Numbered from the stretch's first letter, positions 9,126 through 19,157 are shown. The stretch: 64,000 nucleotides of DNA from Pelagibacteraceae bacterium (GCA_042090305.1 JBELJQ010000004.1:1790-65789); one strand, 5' to 3'. Notes: generated by a model from the letters alone, not told the origin. Numbers and translations: made by a program.

Positions 9126-10538
9126 TTAAATATAATTTTCAACTAAAATTTTTTCAGATAATTCTACATTAAATTCAGAAATTGCATCTTTGGTTAATAA
9201 TAACTGCTTTTTTAAATTTTTTTTAGAGTCAGCCTCACATCTCAGTACTAATTCTGCCTGGGTATTAGATGCTCTCAAGAGCCACCAACCAGAATCTGAT
9301 ACTACTCTAATACCGTCAATATCGATAATTTTATTATGTTTTTTTTTTTGTGAATTTACAATTTTTTTTATCAGATGAAACTTTTCACTGTCATTACATT
9401 CTATTCTAATTTCTGGTGTATTAAAAGCTGAAGGAAGTTCATCGATTAATTCCGAAAGTTTTTTTTTTTTTTTATCAAGGATTTCCAATAATTTAATTGC
9501 TGAATATAAAGCATCATCAAAGCCAAAATAATTTAAATTAAAAAAGATATGGCCACTCATTTCACCTGCTAAATCTGCGTTATTTTTTTTTATAGATTCT
9601 TTCACATGACTATGTCCAGTTTTAGAAATTATTGCCTTTCCTCCATCTTTTTCTATTTCGTCAAATAAAACTTGGCTACACTTAACGTCACCAATTATCG
9701 TACATTTTTTTTCCACCAAAATATCTTTTGAAAATAGTAATAATAACTTATCACCAGGTATTGGCCTGCCTTCATCATCAACCACACCAATTCTGTCTCC
9801 ATCACCATCGAATGCAATTCCTAAATCCAATTTTTCTTCTTTTATAAAATCAATACAATCTTTGAGATTTTCTACATCTGAGGGGTCTGGGTGATGATTT
9901 GGAAAGTTACCATCAATATCATCGAATAGTAAAATATTATCCTTATTAATTTTTTGCGCAATTTTAGACATCAACTCTCCCGCAGAACCATTTCCTGCGT
10001 CCCACACAATCCGAAGTTTTTTTTTTATTTTTAAATCTTTTAATATTCTGGATAAATATTGATCTTTATAATTGGCTTCACTGAAACAACCTCTTTCAGC
10101 ACTAAAATAATAATCATTTGCTTTATTTGATAAACTTATAAGATCTTCTCCAAAAAATGGCATATTTTGCAAAACAAATTTAAATCCATTATGATTTTTG
10201 GGGTTATGTGAACCGGTAACCATAATACCGCCAGATGCATTATTTTCGTAACACGAGTAATAAAGTAAAGGTGTGGGACCTACACCAATATCACAAACAT
10301 CAACTCCTACTTCTAAAAGACCTTTGATTAAATTATTTTTTAAATTAGGTGATGATAATCTTCCATCGTAGCATATGTTTACCTTTTTTTTTTTACCAAC
10401 TTTTAAACCAAATAAACGTCCGATATGAATAGCGTCTGTTTCAAATAAAGTTTCACCATATATTCCTCTAATATCATAGGATCTTATTATTGTATCATCA
10501 AATTTGTGCGAATAATTAATCACTTTGCTGCCTTCCAA
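9126..10538 (-). CDS. Phosphomannomutase/phosphoglucomutase
   Basis: 470 aa. Active-site loop TGSHNPKNHNGFK, metal loop FDGDGDRIG and sugar loop GEMSGH. Confidence 0.9.
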   Translation of the reverse strand: MEGSKVINYSHKFDDTIIRSYDIRGIYGETLFETDAIHIGRLFGLKVGKKKKVNICYDGRLSSPNLKNNLIKGLLEVGVDVCDIGVGPTPLLYYSCYENNASGGIMVTGSHNPKNHNGFKFVLQNMPFFGEDLISLSNKANDYYFSAERGCFSEANYKDQYLSRILKDLKIKKKLRIVWDAGNGSAGELMSKIAQKINKDNILLFDDIDGNFPNHHPDPSDVENLKDCIDFIKEEKLDLGIAFDGDGDRIGVVDDEGRPIPGDKLLLLFSKDILVEKKCTIIGDVKCSQVLFDEIEKDGGKAIISKTGHSHVKESIKKNNADLAGEMSGHIFFNLNYFGFDDALYSAIKLLEILDKKKKKLSELIDELPSAFNTPEIRIECNDSEKFHLIKKIVNSQKKKHNKIIDIDGIRVVSDSGWWLLRASNTQAELVLRCEADSKKNLKKQLLLTKDAISEFNVELSEKILVENYI

Positions 10539-11841
10539 CTGAATAATATTTAAAGCCTTTTTCGATCAGTTCCTTTGGATTATAAATATTTCTTAAGTCA
10601 ATAATTATTGGATTCAAAAGGACTTTTTTAAGTTTGTTAAGATCCAATGCACGGAATTGATTCCATTCCGTTAAGATGACTAATGCTTGAGAATCTTCTG
10701 AGGCATGATAAGAATCTTCGCAGTATGTAATACAATCTTTATACTTTGAAAAGTGTTTTTTTGCTTCGTTCATTCCCTCTGGATCAAAAACTTTTAACTT
10801 GCAATTATTGTTTACAAGCATTGGTATTATATCTAAACTTGGACTGTCTCTCATATCATCTGTGTTGGGTTTGAAAGTTAAACCAAGAATTGTTATAGTT
10901 TTTTCTCTATCGTCTTTTGGAAGAACATTTAAAATTTTTTTGTAAATATTTTCTTTTCTTTTTTTATTACTTTTTACAACGTGTTCAACCAAACCAACTG
11001 GTGACTGATAATCTTGTGCGGTTTTAACTAGAGCCAATGTATCTTTGGGAAAGCATGAACCACCATAACCTGGTCCAGGATGTAGAAACTTTTTACCAAT
11101 TCTTCCATCTAAACCAATTCCAATTGATACATCACTAACATTAGCACCAACTTTCTCACATAAATCAGCAATTTCATTGATAAATGTGATTTTAGTAGCT
11201 AAGAATGAATTAGCCGCATATTTTATCATTTCTGCAGTCTCTCTTTTGGTAAATAAAATAGGTGTTTCCAATAAAAACAGTGGCCTATAAAGTTCTTTTA
11301 AAATATTTTTCGCCCTCTCACTCTCACATCCGATAACTACTCTATCAGGCCTCATGAAATCATTAATAGCAGAACCCTCTCTCAAAAATTCAGGATTCGA
11401 TGCTACATCAAAATCTAAGCCTGGGTTAACTTCTTTGATTATCTCAAAAACTTTTTTGCCTGTTCCTATTGGAACAGTTGATTTATTAACAACTACCGCG
11501 TAATGATCAAGTTTTAAACCAACTTCTTTGGCGGCTTCGTATACAAAAGTTAAATCTGCATGGCCATCACCTCTTCTTGATGGTGTGCCGACAGCAATAA
11601 ATATGGCAGAACTATCTAGCAATGCGTTTTCAAGGTCAGTCTCAAATGACAACCTTTTTTCATTAATATTTTTTCTTACTAAGGTATCTAAGCCTGGTTC
11701 ATAAATAGGGATTACTCCTTTTTTTAGGCTTTCAATTTTTTTTAAGTCTTTATCTACACAAACTACATTTACCCCAAACTCAGCAAAACATGTCCCCGAG
11801 ACCAGACCAACGTAACCAGTACCTATTATTGTTATTTTCAT
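10516..11841 (-). CDS. ugd: UDP-glucose 6-dehydrogenase
   Basis: 441 aa. N-terminal Rossmann motif ITIIGTGYVGLV and catalytic region GGSCFPKD. Confidence 0.92.
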   Translation of the reverse strand: MKITIIGTGYVGLVSGTCFAEFGVNVVCVDKDLKKIESLKKGVIPIYEPGLDTLVRKNINEKRLSFETDLENALLDSSAIFIAVGTPSRRGDGHADLTFVYEAAKEVGLKLDHYAVVVNKSTVPIGTGKKVFEIIKEVNPGLDFDVASNPEFLREGSAINDFMRPDRVVIGCESERAKNILKELYRPLFLLETPILFTKRETAEMIKYAANSFLATKITFINEIADLCEKVGANVSDVSIGIGLDGRIGKKFLHPGPGYGGSCFPKDTLALVKTAQDYQSPVGLVEHVVKSNKKRKENIYKKILNVLPKDDREKTITILGLTFKPNTDDMRDSPSLDIIPMLVNNNCKLKVFDPEGMNEAKKHFSKYKDCITYCEDSYHASEDSQALVILTEWNQFRALDLNKLKKVLLNPIIIDLRNIYNPKELIEKGFKYYSVGRQQSD

Positions 11842-12706
11842 AATTTTTTAATTAAACCTTTCAAGATTTGACTAATTTCTTTATCTTGCATACCAAAAGT
11901 TAAATTAGCCTGTATAAAACCCAACTTATTTCCACAGTCAAACCTATTACCATTTAATTTATGTCCCAAAATTCCTGGCTCTTTTATCAAATAATTTAAA
12001 CCATCAGTTAGTTGAATCTCATTATTTGCTCCAGGTTTTAGGTTTTTAAGAACTTTGAAAATTTTACTATTTAAAAGGTATCTACCAACAACAGTTAGGT
12101 TAGATGGTGCCTCTTTTATTTTTGGCTTTTCTACTAAATTATCAATTTTAAATGAATTACCAATTTTTTTTTTATAGTCGATAACTCCATATTTGAAAAC
12201 TTCTTTTCTATCTACTTTTTCCAATGCTACCACTGAGCATCTATTATTATCCTCAGATACTTTTATAAGTTGGCGTGTAGCTGGTTGATCAGATAAGATT
12301 ATATCATCTGGAAGAATTACCATAAAATTTTCATTCTCATCAATTAAATTTGACGCACATTGTACGGCATGACCTAGCCCTCTAGGTTTATCTTGTAGAA
12401 TAAATGTAAAGTTCCCAAGAGTATTTTGAAACTGAATGGACTTAAGCTCTTTTTTTTTTTTTTTTTTCTTAATATTTCTTCAAGTAAAGGCGAATTATCA
12501 AAATGTTCTATTATTGAATTCTTATTAGAGGAAGTAACAAATATCATCTCTTCAATTCCTGATTTAGATGCTTCAATAACCGACCATTCTAAAACAGGCC
12601 TATCTAAAACTGTAAGCATCTCTTTTGGTACTGATTTTGTTGCTGGGAGAAATCGTGTTCCTAGACCTGCTATAGGAAAAATGGCCTTTTTAACTTTTTT
12701 AATCAT
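11838..12706 (-). pseudogene. galU: UTP--glucose-1-phosphate uridylyltransferase (GalU) interrupted by a frameshift in an A18 tract
   Basis: The N-terminal part (frame of 12706) reads MIKKVKKAIFPIAGLGTRFLPATKSVPKEML...EEILRKKKKKK. The C-terminal part (frame of 12323, open back to 12449) reads ELKSIQFQNTLGNFTFILQDKPRGLGHAVQCASNLIDENENFMVILPDD... The two frames meet inside the 18-nt homopolymer at 12450-12467. Confidence 0.85.
12450..12467. repeat. 18-nt T/A homopolymer (A18 on the coding strand of galU)
   Basis: Counted directly from the sequence: T run from 12450 to 12467. It is the longest homopolymer I noted in the window and the site of the galU frame change. Confidence 0.95.
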
Positions 12707-12738
12707 TTTGCAAAGGTTAAAGTAAAAAAAAAGAAATC

Positions 12739-13182
12739 TCAACCTAAAAGAATATCTCTAGCTTTATTTAATTTTTTTGAAATCCATTCGGAACCGTTAA
12801 CATCCGGATGATTTTTTTTTATTAATAAATTGTATCTTTTTATAATATCATTTTTAGTTGCATTTGGTTTTAATCCAAGAATATCAAAAGCCTCTTTTCT
12901 AGTCATATTATTCAAGTTAACTGAATAACTTGATCTTAAAAAAATACTTTTTAAAACTTTAAGAATCGGTAGCCATTTAAAAAATAAAATAAATATTAAA
13001 GGTAAGAGTGATATAAGTTTTGAATTATATCTTAGGAGAAAAATTACTAATCCAATTAAACAAATAAAAATAAAAAATTTTAAATATTTTTTAAATTTAT
13101 ATTGTGATAAGTGTATGAAGTTAACTAGAATTGCAAGCAAAAGAGTTATAACAAAAATACTTAATATTAAAAAATAAAACAT
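12739..13182 (-). CDS. Membrane-anchored J-domain protein (Pam18/Tim14-like)
   Basis: 147 aa. The N-terminal ~85 aa are hydrophobic. The C-terminal J domain TRKEAFDILGLKPNATKNDIIKRYNLLIKKNHPDVNGSEWISKKLNKARDILLG contains the HPD motif. Confidence 0.75.
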   Translation of the reverse strand: MFYFLILSIFVITLLLAILVNFIHLSQYKFKKYLKFFIFICLIGLVIFLLRYNSKLISLLPLIFILFFKWLPILKVLKSIFLRSSYSVNLNNMTRKEAFDILGLKPNATKNDIIKRYNLLIKKNHPDVNGSEWISKKLNKARDILLG

Positions 13183-14310
13183 ATGAGCTCTAAAAAATAT
13201 AAACTTTTATACTTTGTAAGTGAAGATGAATATTTTATTTCTCATAAATTAGATCAACTAAAAAATGCACAAAAAAAATATGAAATTCTTGTAGTAAGTA
13301 GATTTAAAAAATTTGAAAAAAAGATTAACTATCAGGGTTTTAAGACTAAAAATATTAATTTTGATAGAAAGTCAATAAACCCAATTTATGAATTTTTTAA
13401 AATAGTTCAATTCTTAAGAATTATCATTAAATTTCAACCAGACATCATTCAAGCAACTGCGCTAAAACCTATTTTATATCTATCTTTGATTTCGCCTTTA
13501 ATTAAAAGAAAAATAAAGATTATTCTTTGTGTTGTTGGTTTAGGTTATCTTTTTACAAAAAAAAGTTCAACTAACACCTTTATTAAAACAATTTATATAA
13601 ACTTAATAAAATTCTTTTTAAGAAAAAAAAACTCTATTTATGTTTTTCAAAACAATGATGATAAGCAAGTTTTTGAACGAAATAATCTTCTCAAGGGAAT
13701 AAAATATGAGATAATAAAGGGTTCCGGTGTAAACACAAAAAAATTTAAAAAGAAAAATATAAAAAAAAAATACGATATAATTTTTCATTCGCGAATACTC
13801 TATGATAAAGGTTTTAAAGAAATTATTGAATCTCTTGAAAGACTTAGAGAAAAGAAAGTTAAAATAAAAATATTAATATTAGGAAGTCCTGATAAATCAA
13901 ATAGATCGTCTGTTAAACTCGAAGCACTTGAAAAACTATCAAGAGAAAAAAAAATTGTTTGGAAGAAAAAAGTTTCTAACGTAATTCCATTCCTCCAAAG
14001 TTCAAAAATTTCAGTTTTGCCATCATACAGAGAGGGGCTACCAAAATCACTCATTGAAGCAGCGAGTTGTCATTTACCAATCATTACTACAAATGTACCT
14101 GGATGTAAGGAAGTTTGTATAAATAACTTTAACGGGATGACTGTTGATCCTAAAAATTCAAAACAACTTTCATTTGCAATTGAAAAAATGATAAATAACG
14201 AGAAGTTAATTAAAGAATATGGTAGCAATGGAAGAAAGCTGGTAGAAAAAAAATTTTCCTTAGATATAATATCTAATCAATTTTTAAAAATTTACTCTCA
14301 AAATATCTAA
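13183..14310 (+). CDS. Glycosyltransferase family 4 (GT-B, group 1)
   Basis: 375 aa. The C-terminal half has [31 protein letters not shown], an EX7E-type GT4 signature. Confidence 0.8.
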   Translation: MSSKKYKLLYFVSEDEYFISHKLDQLKNAQKKYEILVVSRFKKFEKKINYQGFKTKNINFDRKSINPIYEFFKIVQFLRIIIKFQPDIIQATALKPILYLSLISPLIKRKIKIILCVVGLGYLFTKKSSTNTFIKTIYINLIKFFLRKKNSIYVFQNNDDKQVFERNNLLKGIKYEIIKGSGVNTKKFKKKNIKKKYDIIFHSRILYDKGFKEIIESLERLREKKVKIKILILGSPDKSNRSSVKLEALEKLSREKKIVWKKKVSNVIPFLQSSKISVLPSYREGLPKSLIEAASCHLPIITTNVPGCKEVCINNFNGMTVDPKNSKQLSFAIEKMINNEKLIKEYGSNGRKLVEKKFSLDIISNQFLKIYSQNI

Positions 14311-15989
14311 AATAAACCTTGTATTTCGCCGTCATCACCAATACAGACCTCATAGGCAGCTGGTTTTTTTGGAAGGCCAGGCATTGTCATAATATCTCCA
14401 GCTATGGCAACTATAAATTCTGCACCTGCTGACAACCTTATTTCTCTTATGTTAATATCATGATTTTCTGGAGCACATTTCTTTGATGGATCGGTACTAA
14501 AACTATACTGTGTTTTTGCCATACAAACCGGAAAAGAATTATACCCTTTAGTAGAAATTTCTTCGAGTTTTTTTAGTGCTTGAGGGGAAAATGTAACATT
14601 TTTGGCTCTGTATATTTCTTTGGCTATGGTTTCAATTTTATTTATGGGTGAATCTTCATCTTTGTAGAGAAACTTCAGATTAGCTTTATCTGATTCTATT
14701 GTCTGAATTACTTTCTCTGCTAAATCTGCAGCACCTTCACCACCTTTTGCCCAGTGCTCAGCTAAGACAGCATCAACATTAACGGCTTTACAAACTTCTA
14801 TAACTTTTTTTATTTCGTCCTCTGTATCAGTTGGAAACCTATTTAGTGCAACAACTGTTGGTAACCCAAATTTTGATAAATTCTCAAGATGTCTTATCAA
14901 GTTTGGTAAACCATCTTCTACGGCATTTAGATTTTCCTCAGAAAGTTCTTTTGGGTTTGCATTACCATGAAGTTTTAAAGCTCTAACTGTTGCCACAACA
15001 ACAGCACAAGATGGTGATAAACCTGCCTTTCTACATTTAATGTTAAGAAATTTTTCAGCACCGAGATCGGCTCCAAAACCTGCCTCTGTAACCACATAGT
15101 CAGCTAGTTTTAATGCCGATTTAGTTGCAATTACTGTATTACACCCATGTGCAATGTTTGCAAATGGGCCTCCATGAATAAATGCTGGGTTATTCTCTAA
15201 AGTTTGGACTAAATTGGGTTGTAAGGCATCCTTAAGTAAAACGGACATTGCCCCGTCTGCCTTTATATCTTTGCAAAATATAGGTTCAAGTTCTCTCGTG
15301 TAACCTATTATTATTTTGCCTAATCTTTCTTTTAGGTCATCAAAGTTTTTTGATAAACATAAAATTGCCATAACCTCAGATGCAACAGTAATATCAAAAC
15401 CATCTTCACGGGAAAAGCCATTTGCAGTTCCTCCTAATGAGTTCGTTATCGATCTTAATGCCCTATCGTTCATATCTACAACACGTCTCCAAGTCACTCT
15501 TCTGCTGTCAATTTTAGGTTCCATATTCCAGTAGATATGATTATCTACCATAGCAGAAAGAAGCATATGCGCTGATGTAATTGCGTGAAAATCTCCTGTA
15601 AAATGAAGATTAATATCCTCCATCGGCACAACTTGAGCGTATCCTCCTCCAGCTGCTCCACCTTTCATCCCAAAGCAAGGACCTAAACTGGGTTCTCTTA
15701 GAGCAACCATAGCATTTTTACCAATATGATTAAGTCCATCCGTGAGGCCAACCGACGTCGTAGTTTTACCTTCACCTGCAGTAGTAGGTGTCATAGCAGT
15801 TACAAGTATTAGTTTACCATCGTCTTTTTTTTCTAATTCAGCTTGATAACTTGCACTTAACTTAGCTTTATAATGACCATACGGCACTAGATTATCTTCA
15901 TTTATGGATAATCTTTTTTTAGCTAGATCAGTAATCTTTTCCTTTTTAGCCAATCTTGCTATTTCTAAATCTGTTTTTAAATCCGTCAT
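14307..15989 (-). CDS. fhs: Formate--tetrahydrofolate ligase
   Basis: 560 aa. The P-loop-like [15 protein letters not shown] and overall length are typical of FTHFS. Confidence 0.93.
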   Translation of the reverse strand: MTDLKTDLEIARLAKKEKITDLAKKRLSINEDNLVPYGHYKAKLSASYQAELEKKDDGKLILVTAMTPTTAGEGKTTTSVGLTDGLNHIGKNAMVALREPSLGPCFGMKGGAAGGGYAQVVPMEDINLHFTGDFHAITSAHMLLSAMVDNHIYWNMEPKIDSRRVTWRRVVDMNDRALRSITNSLGGTANGFSREDGFDITVASEVMAILCLSKNFDDLKERLGKIIIGYTRELEPIFCKDIKADGAMSVLLKDALQPNLVQTLENNPAFIHGGPFANIAHGCNTVIATKSALKLADYVVTEAGFGADLGAEKFLNIKCRKAGLSPSCAVVVATVRALKLHGNANPKELSEENLNAVEDGLPNLIRHLENLSKFGLPTVVALNRFPTDTEDEIKKVIEVCKAVNVDAVLAEHWAKGGEGAADLAEKVIQTIESDKANLKFLYKDEDSPINKIETIAKEIYRAKNVTFSPQALKKLEEISTKGYNSFPVCMAKTQYSFSTDPSKKCAPENHDINIREIRLSAGAEFIVAIAGDIMTMPGLPKKPAAYEVCIGDDGEIQGLF

Positions 15990-15995
15990 ATTTTT

Positions 15996-16400
15996 TTAAA
16001 ATAGAATATTATGTTGATTTGATCTACAACTTTTTAAATTCAAGGGTTTCAATAAATCATTTTTTTTTGAGTAATCCTCTAAATATTTTAGTTGAAGTGA
16101 ATACGCCTCTAGTTCTTTAAAAGAATATTCAATTTTTTTTTCACTTTGAAATTGTAAAGCATGAATAATCTCATGTAATAAAATTGATTGAAAACAAACA
16201 TCATTCAAATTTCCTTTAGACAATAAAACACCGTGCTCAGGATTAAAGTAAGCTACTATTGGACACTTTCCGTTACATGCAATCTCTTCAATAACTTCTT
16301 TATCAACAATATTTACTTTATAATCAAATTTACTGGTATCATAATTTGTGTTATTTAAAATCCAAAAGAGTAACAATGAGATAAGTTTAGTGAGACTCAT
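15996..16400 (-). CDS. Small exported HExxH protein (paralogue A), putative minimal zinc metallopeptidase-like
   Basis: 134 aa with a hydrophobic N-terminus. The HEIIH motif is encoded at 16161-16175. It is clearly paralogous to 41357-41806. Confidence 0.55.
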   Translation of the reverse strand: MSLTKLISLLLFWILNNTNYDTSKFDYKVNIVDKEVIEEIACNGKCPIVAYFNPEHGVLLSKGNLNDVCFQSILLHEIIHALQFQSEKKIEYSFKELEAYSLQLKYLEDYSKKNDLLKPLNLKSCRSNQHNILF

Positions 16401-16406
16401 AAGATT

Positions 16407-17051
16407 ATGAATAAAGAAGAAAAAATATCATTTAAAGCTGCAGAAATACTCATACAGTTAAAATGTATTAATTTTAGTCCAAAAAAACAATTTAAATTAA
16501 CGTCAGGAAAAAAGAGTCCTATTTATTGTGACTGTAGAAGATTAATTTCTTTCCCAAAAGAAAGGGATTTACTCATAAAATTTTCTGTAGATAAAATTAA
16601 AAAGTTCATAGATTTTAAAAAGATAAATATCATAGCTGGTGGAGAATCTGCAGGAATCCCATTTGCTTCTTTTATATCAAGTAAACTAAAATTACCCATG
16701 GTCTATGTAAGAAAAGAAAAAAAGAAGTTTGGAAAAAACTCACAGATTGAGGGGGTGTTTAAGACTAATGATAAGATATTGTTAGTTGAAGATTTAATGA
16801 CAGATGGAGGAAGTAAGTTTAAATTTTTCGAAGCAATCAATGATGCAAAGTGCAAAAATTTAGGACTATTTATAATTTTTAATTATGGCATTTTAGATAA
16901 ATACTTGCCTTTTAAAAAAAATAAAATCAAATTAACTTATCTTACTGACTGGAATTATGTACTAAAAGTAGCTTCAAAAAAAGAAATACTTAGTGACAAC
17001 GAAATAATAATTATCAAAGATTTTTTGACTTCACTAGGTGTTAAAAGTTAG
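16407..17051 (+). CDS. pyrE: Orotate phosphoribosyltransferase
   Basis: 214 aa. FKLTSGKKSPIYCDCR and the PRPP-binding loop ILLVEDLMTDGGS. Confidence 0.9.
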   Translation: MNKEEKISFKAAEILIQLKCINFSPKKQFKLTSGKKSPIYCDCRRLISFPKERDLLIKFSVDKIKKFIDFKKINIIAGGESAGIPFASFISSKLKLPMVYVRKEKKKFGKNSQIEGVFKTNDKILLVEDLMTDGGSKFKFFEAINDAKCKNLGLFIIFNYGILDKYLPFKKNKIKLTYLTDWNYVLKVASKKEILSDNEIIIIKDFLTSLGVKS

Positions 17052-17832
17052 ATATTTTTCCTTTGAAAGTTGTACTACCAGTCGCAGTTTTACTTTTCTC
17101 AATCAATCCAGATTTATAACCCAACCTTCCAGAATGGACTGCTAACTTCATTGACTCCGCCATTTGAATTGGATTTAGTGATCTGGCAACAGACGAATTA
17201 AGTAAGACTCCATCAAAACCTAGTTCCATGACTCTTGAGGCATCACTTGGCCTCCCAATACCTGCGTCAACAAATAATAAACCACTACATATTTTTCTGA
17301 TTATTTCTAAACTATGAATATTTCTTATGCCTAATGCGGAACCAATTGGTGAAATAAGTGGCATTACGGCAATACAACCCTCATCTTCCAGTCTTTTACA
17401 AAGTATTGGATCATCTGAACAATACGCAAAAACTTTAAATTTTTTTTTTATTAACTCACGACAAGTTTCAAATAACTCAATTGGATCGGGAAGTAACATT
17501 TCATCGTCACTAATTAATTCAAGTTTTATCCAATTTGTGTTCATCAACTCTCTAGCAAGTTCAGCAGTGAGTATTGCCTCTTTTTTTGTATAACAACCAG
17601 CAGTGTTTGGAAGAAATTGATATTTATTTTTTATTTGTTTTAAAAAACTATTGTCACCAGAAATATTTAATCTTCTTACAGCTAAAGTAATAATTTCTGA
17701 ACCTGATGAAATTATGGATTTATTTAAAACATCTACATTAGGGAAAAGTGATGTGCCCATTATAAGACGCGAACTAAATTTCTTATTATCAATAATCAAT
17801 TTATCTTTTTTCATTAAATCAACCACCAGCAA
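17041..17832 (-). CDS. thiG: Thiazole synthase
   Basis: 263 aa. LPNTAGC, IKLE..D...LLPD and GIGRPSDA motifs. It lies downstream of thiS. Confidence 0.93.
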   Translation of the reverse strand: MLVVDLMKKDKLIIDNKKFSSRLIMGTSLFPNVDVLNKSIISSGSEIITLAVRRLNISGDNSFLKQIKNKYQFLPNTAGCYTKKEAILTAELARELMNTNWIKLELISDDEMLLPDPIELFETCRELIKKKFKVFAYCSDDPILCKRLEDEGCIAVMPLISPIGSALGIRNIHSLEIIRKICSGLLFVDAGIGRPSDASRVMELGFDGVLLNSSVARSLNPIQMAESMKLAVHSGRLGYKSGLIEKSKTATGSTTFKGKISNF

Positions 17833-18043
17833 AAGGAACTACAATTTCAATTCTATCGTTTTCACAAATTTTTGTTTTTTTCCATTTTGACTCCTTAACT
17901 AAATTATAATTCAAAGCGACAGCGATTTTTTTTGCTTTAATTTTATTTTTTCTTAGAAAACTTTCAATTAGTTCAACTAAAACTAGATTGTTTAAATCAC
18001 AATCAAAAGCATTTCCATTTATTATAAAAGTTTTTATAGGCAT
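17819..18043 (-). CDS. thiS: Sulfur-carrier protein ThiS
   Basis: The 74-aa form starts at MPIKTFIINGN (ATG at 18041-18043) and ends ...IEIVVPFAGG with the C-terminal GG. The longer ORF call (to 18130) would overlap thiO. Confidence 0.85.
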   Translation of the reverse strand: MPIKTFIINGNAFDCDLNNLVLVELIESFLRKNKIKAKKIAVALNYNLVKESKWKKTKICENDRIEIVVPFAGG

Positions 18044-18065
18044 AATTAAAGAATAAACAAAAAAA

Positions 18066-19157
18066 TTATAAATTAAATCTTTGAGGTGAAAAATATTTAT
18101 ATTTCTTTTGCACATCCTCTCCAAAGACATAATCTGCTATTATTTGCGAGCTTATAGGTGACAATAAAATACCATGTCTATAATGTCCAAAGTTACATAG
18201 AATTCTATCTGATATTTCTGTTAAAGGGCCAATAACTGGGTAGCCATCAATCATTGAGGGACGAAGCCCAACAATTAATTTCTCTAGGGAAATTTTTTCA
18301 ATTTCTGTAAAACACTCCCATATTGATTTTGTTAAAAAATATACTTCATCTAAACTTACGTTTTTTTCAAAACCTTTTTCTTCCTCAGTGGCACCAATAG
18401 CAAGAATACTTTTTGCTCTTTGTGCAACATAAATATTTCTAAACCACAGGTTATTCTTAAATTTGATTTCTTTTGCTTTCACCAGCATTGAAACACCTTT
18501 GAGTGGTCTCATTGGTAATTTAATTTTAAAGGAATTTTCTATTAATTTATCACTCCAAGCACCACAACAAATAATGATTTTTTTCGCTTTTAATTTTAAG
18601 TCGTCTATTTTTAAAGTGTTATTGTCAAAAAATACTTTTTCAATTTTTTTTACTTTCTTTATAGTTCCCTTCAACCTAAGAATCTCCTGAATTAAAAATT
18701 TTTGAAGAAGTTTGGGGTTAACCTGATTTTGATTTTTACAAAATAATGAGCTATGTACATTTGAGTTCAAGCACGGTTCAATCTTTAATGTTTCTTCAGA
18801 AGATAGAAATGATGTATTTATTCCCAGCCCCTTGAAAAAATTTTTCTTAAATTTTAGTTTTTCAGTATCATCATTATTCATTGAAATCAGCAATGATGAA
18901 TTGTTTATAAGTCCTACCCGATTATTTATTCTATCATTGATATTTAAATTATCCCAAATTTTTTTAGAATCGGTCATCAGGGTTAATAGCTTTTTTTCAA
19001 GCGGTTTTGCCTCTATTATGGGCGCTAACATGCCAACCGATGCATTTGTTGCAGAAGCGCCAGCACTAAAATCAAGTAAAGTGACTTTCATACCCCTCTG
19101 CAGAATATCATACGCTGTATGAAGGCCAATAATTCCTGTACCTATAACTATAATCAT
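18066..19157 (-). CDS. thiO: FAD-dependent glycine oxidase ThiO
   Basis: 363 aa. N-terminal dinucleotide fold IIVIGTGIIGLHTAY. DAO-family protein located upstream of thiS-thiG. Confidence 0.8.
   Translation of the reverse strand: MIIVIGTGIIGLHTAYDILQRGMKVTLLDFSAGASATNASVGMLAPIIEAKPLEKKLLTLMTDSKKIWDNLNINDRINNRVGLINNSSLLISMNNDDTEKLKFKKNFFKGLGINTSFLSSEETLKIEPCLNSNVHSSLFCKNQNQVNPKLLQKFLIQEILRLKGTIKKVKKIEKVFFDNNTLKIDDLKLKAKKIIICCGAWSDKLIENSFKIKLPMRPLKGVSMLVKAKEIKFKNNLWFRNIYVAQRAKSILAIGATEEEKGFEKNVSLDEVYFLTKSIWECFTEIEKISLEKLIVGLRPSMIDGYPVIGPLTEISDRILCNFGHYRHGILLSPISSQIIADYVFGEDVQKKYKYFSPQRFNL

Noticed and set aside
9459-9473. Other long homopolymers inside genes (15 nt at 9459-9473, 11 nt at 10384-10394, 12 nt at 47058-47069, 13 nt at 62629-62641), considered as additional frameshift sites.
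   Set aside because: In each case the reading frame continues uninterrupted through the tract as a Lys run and the protein stays alignable on both sides. Only the galU tract breaks a frame.
12426-12725. 99-aa plus-strand ORF across the galU N-terminal region, and the 51732-52151 ORF across the thiD/glmM junction.
   Set aside because: Both are antisense to recognisable enzyme-coding sequence (GalU AGLGTRFLPATK region; ThiD/GlmM), so I treat them as shadow ORFs.
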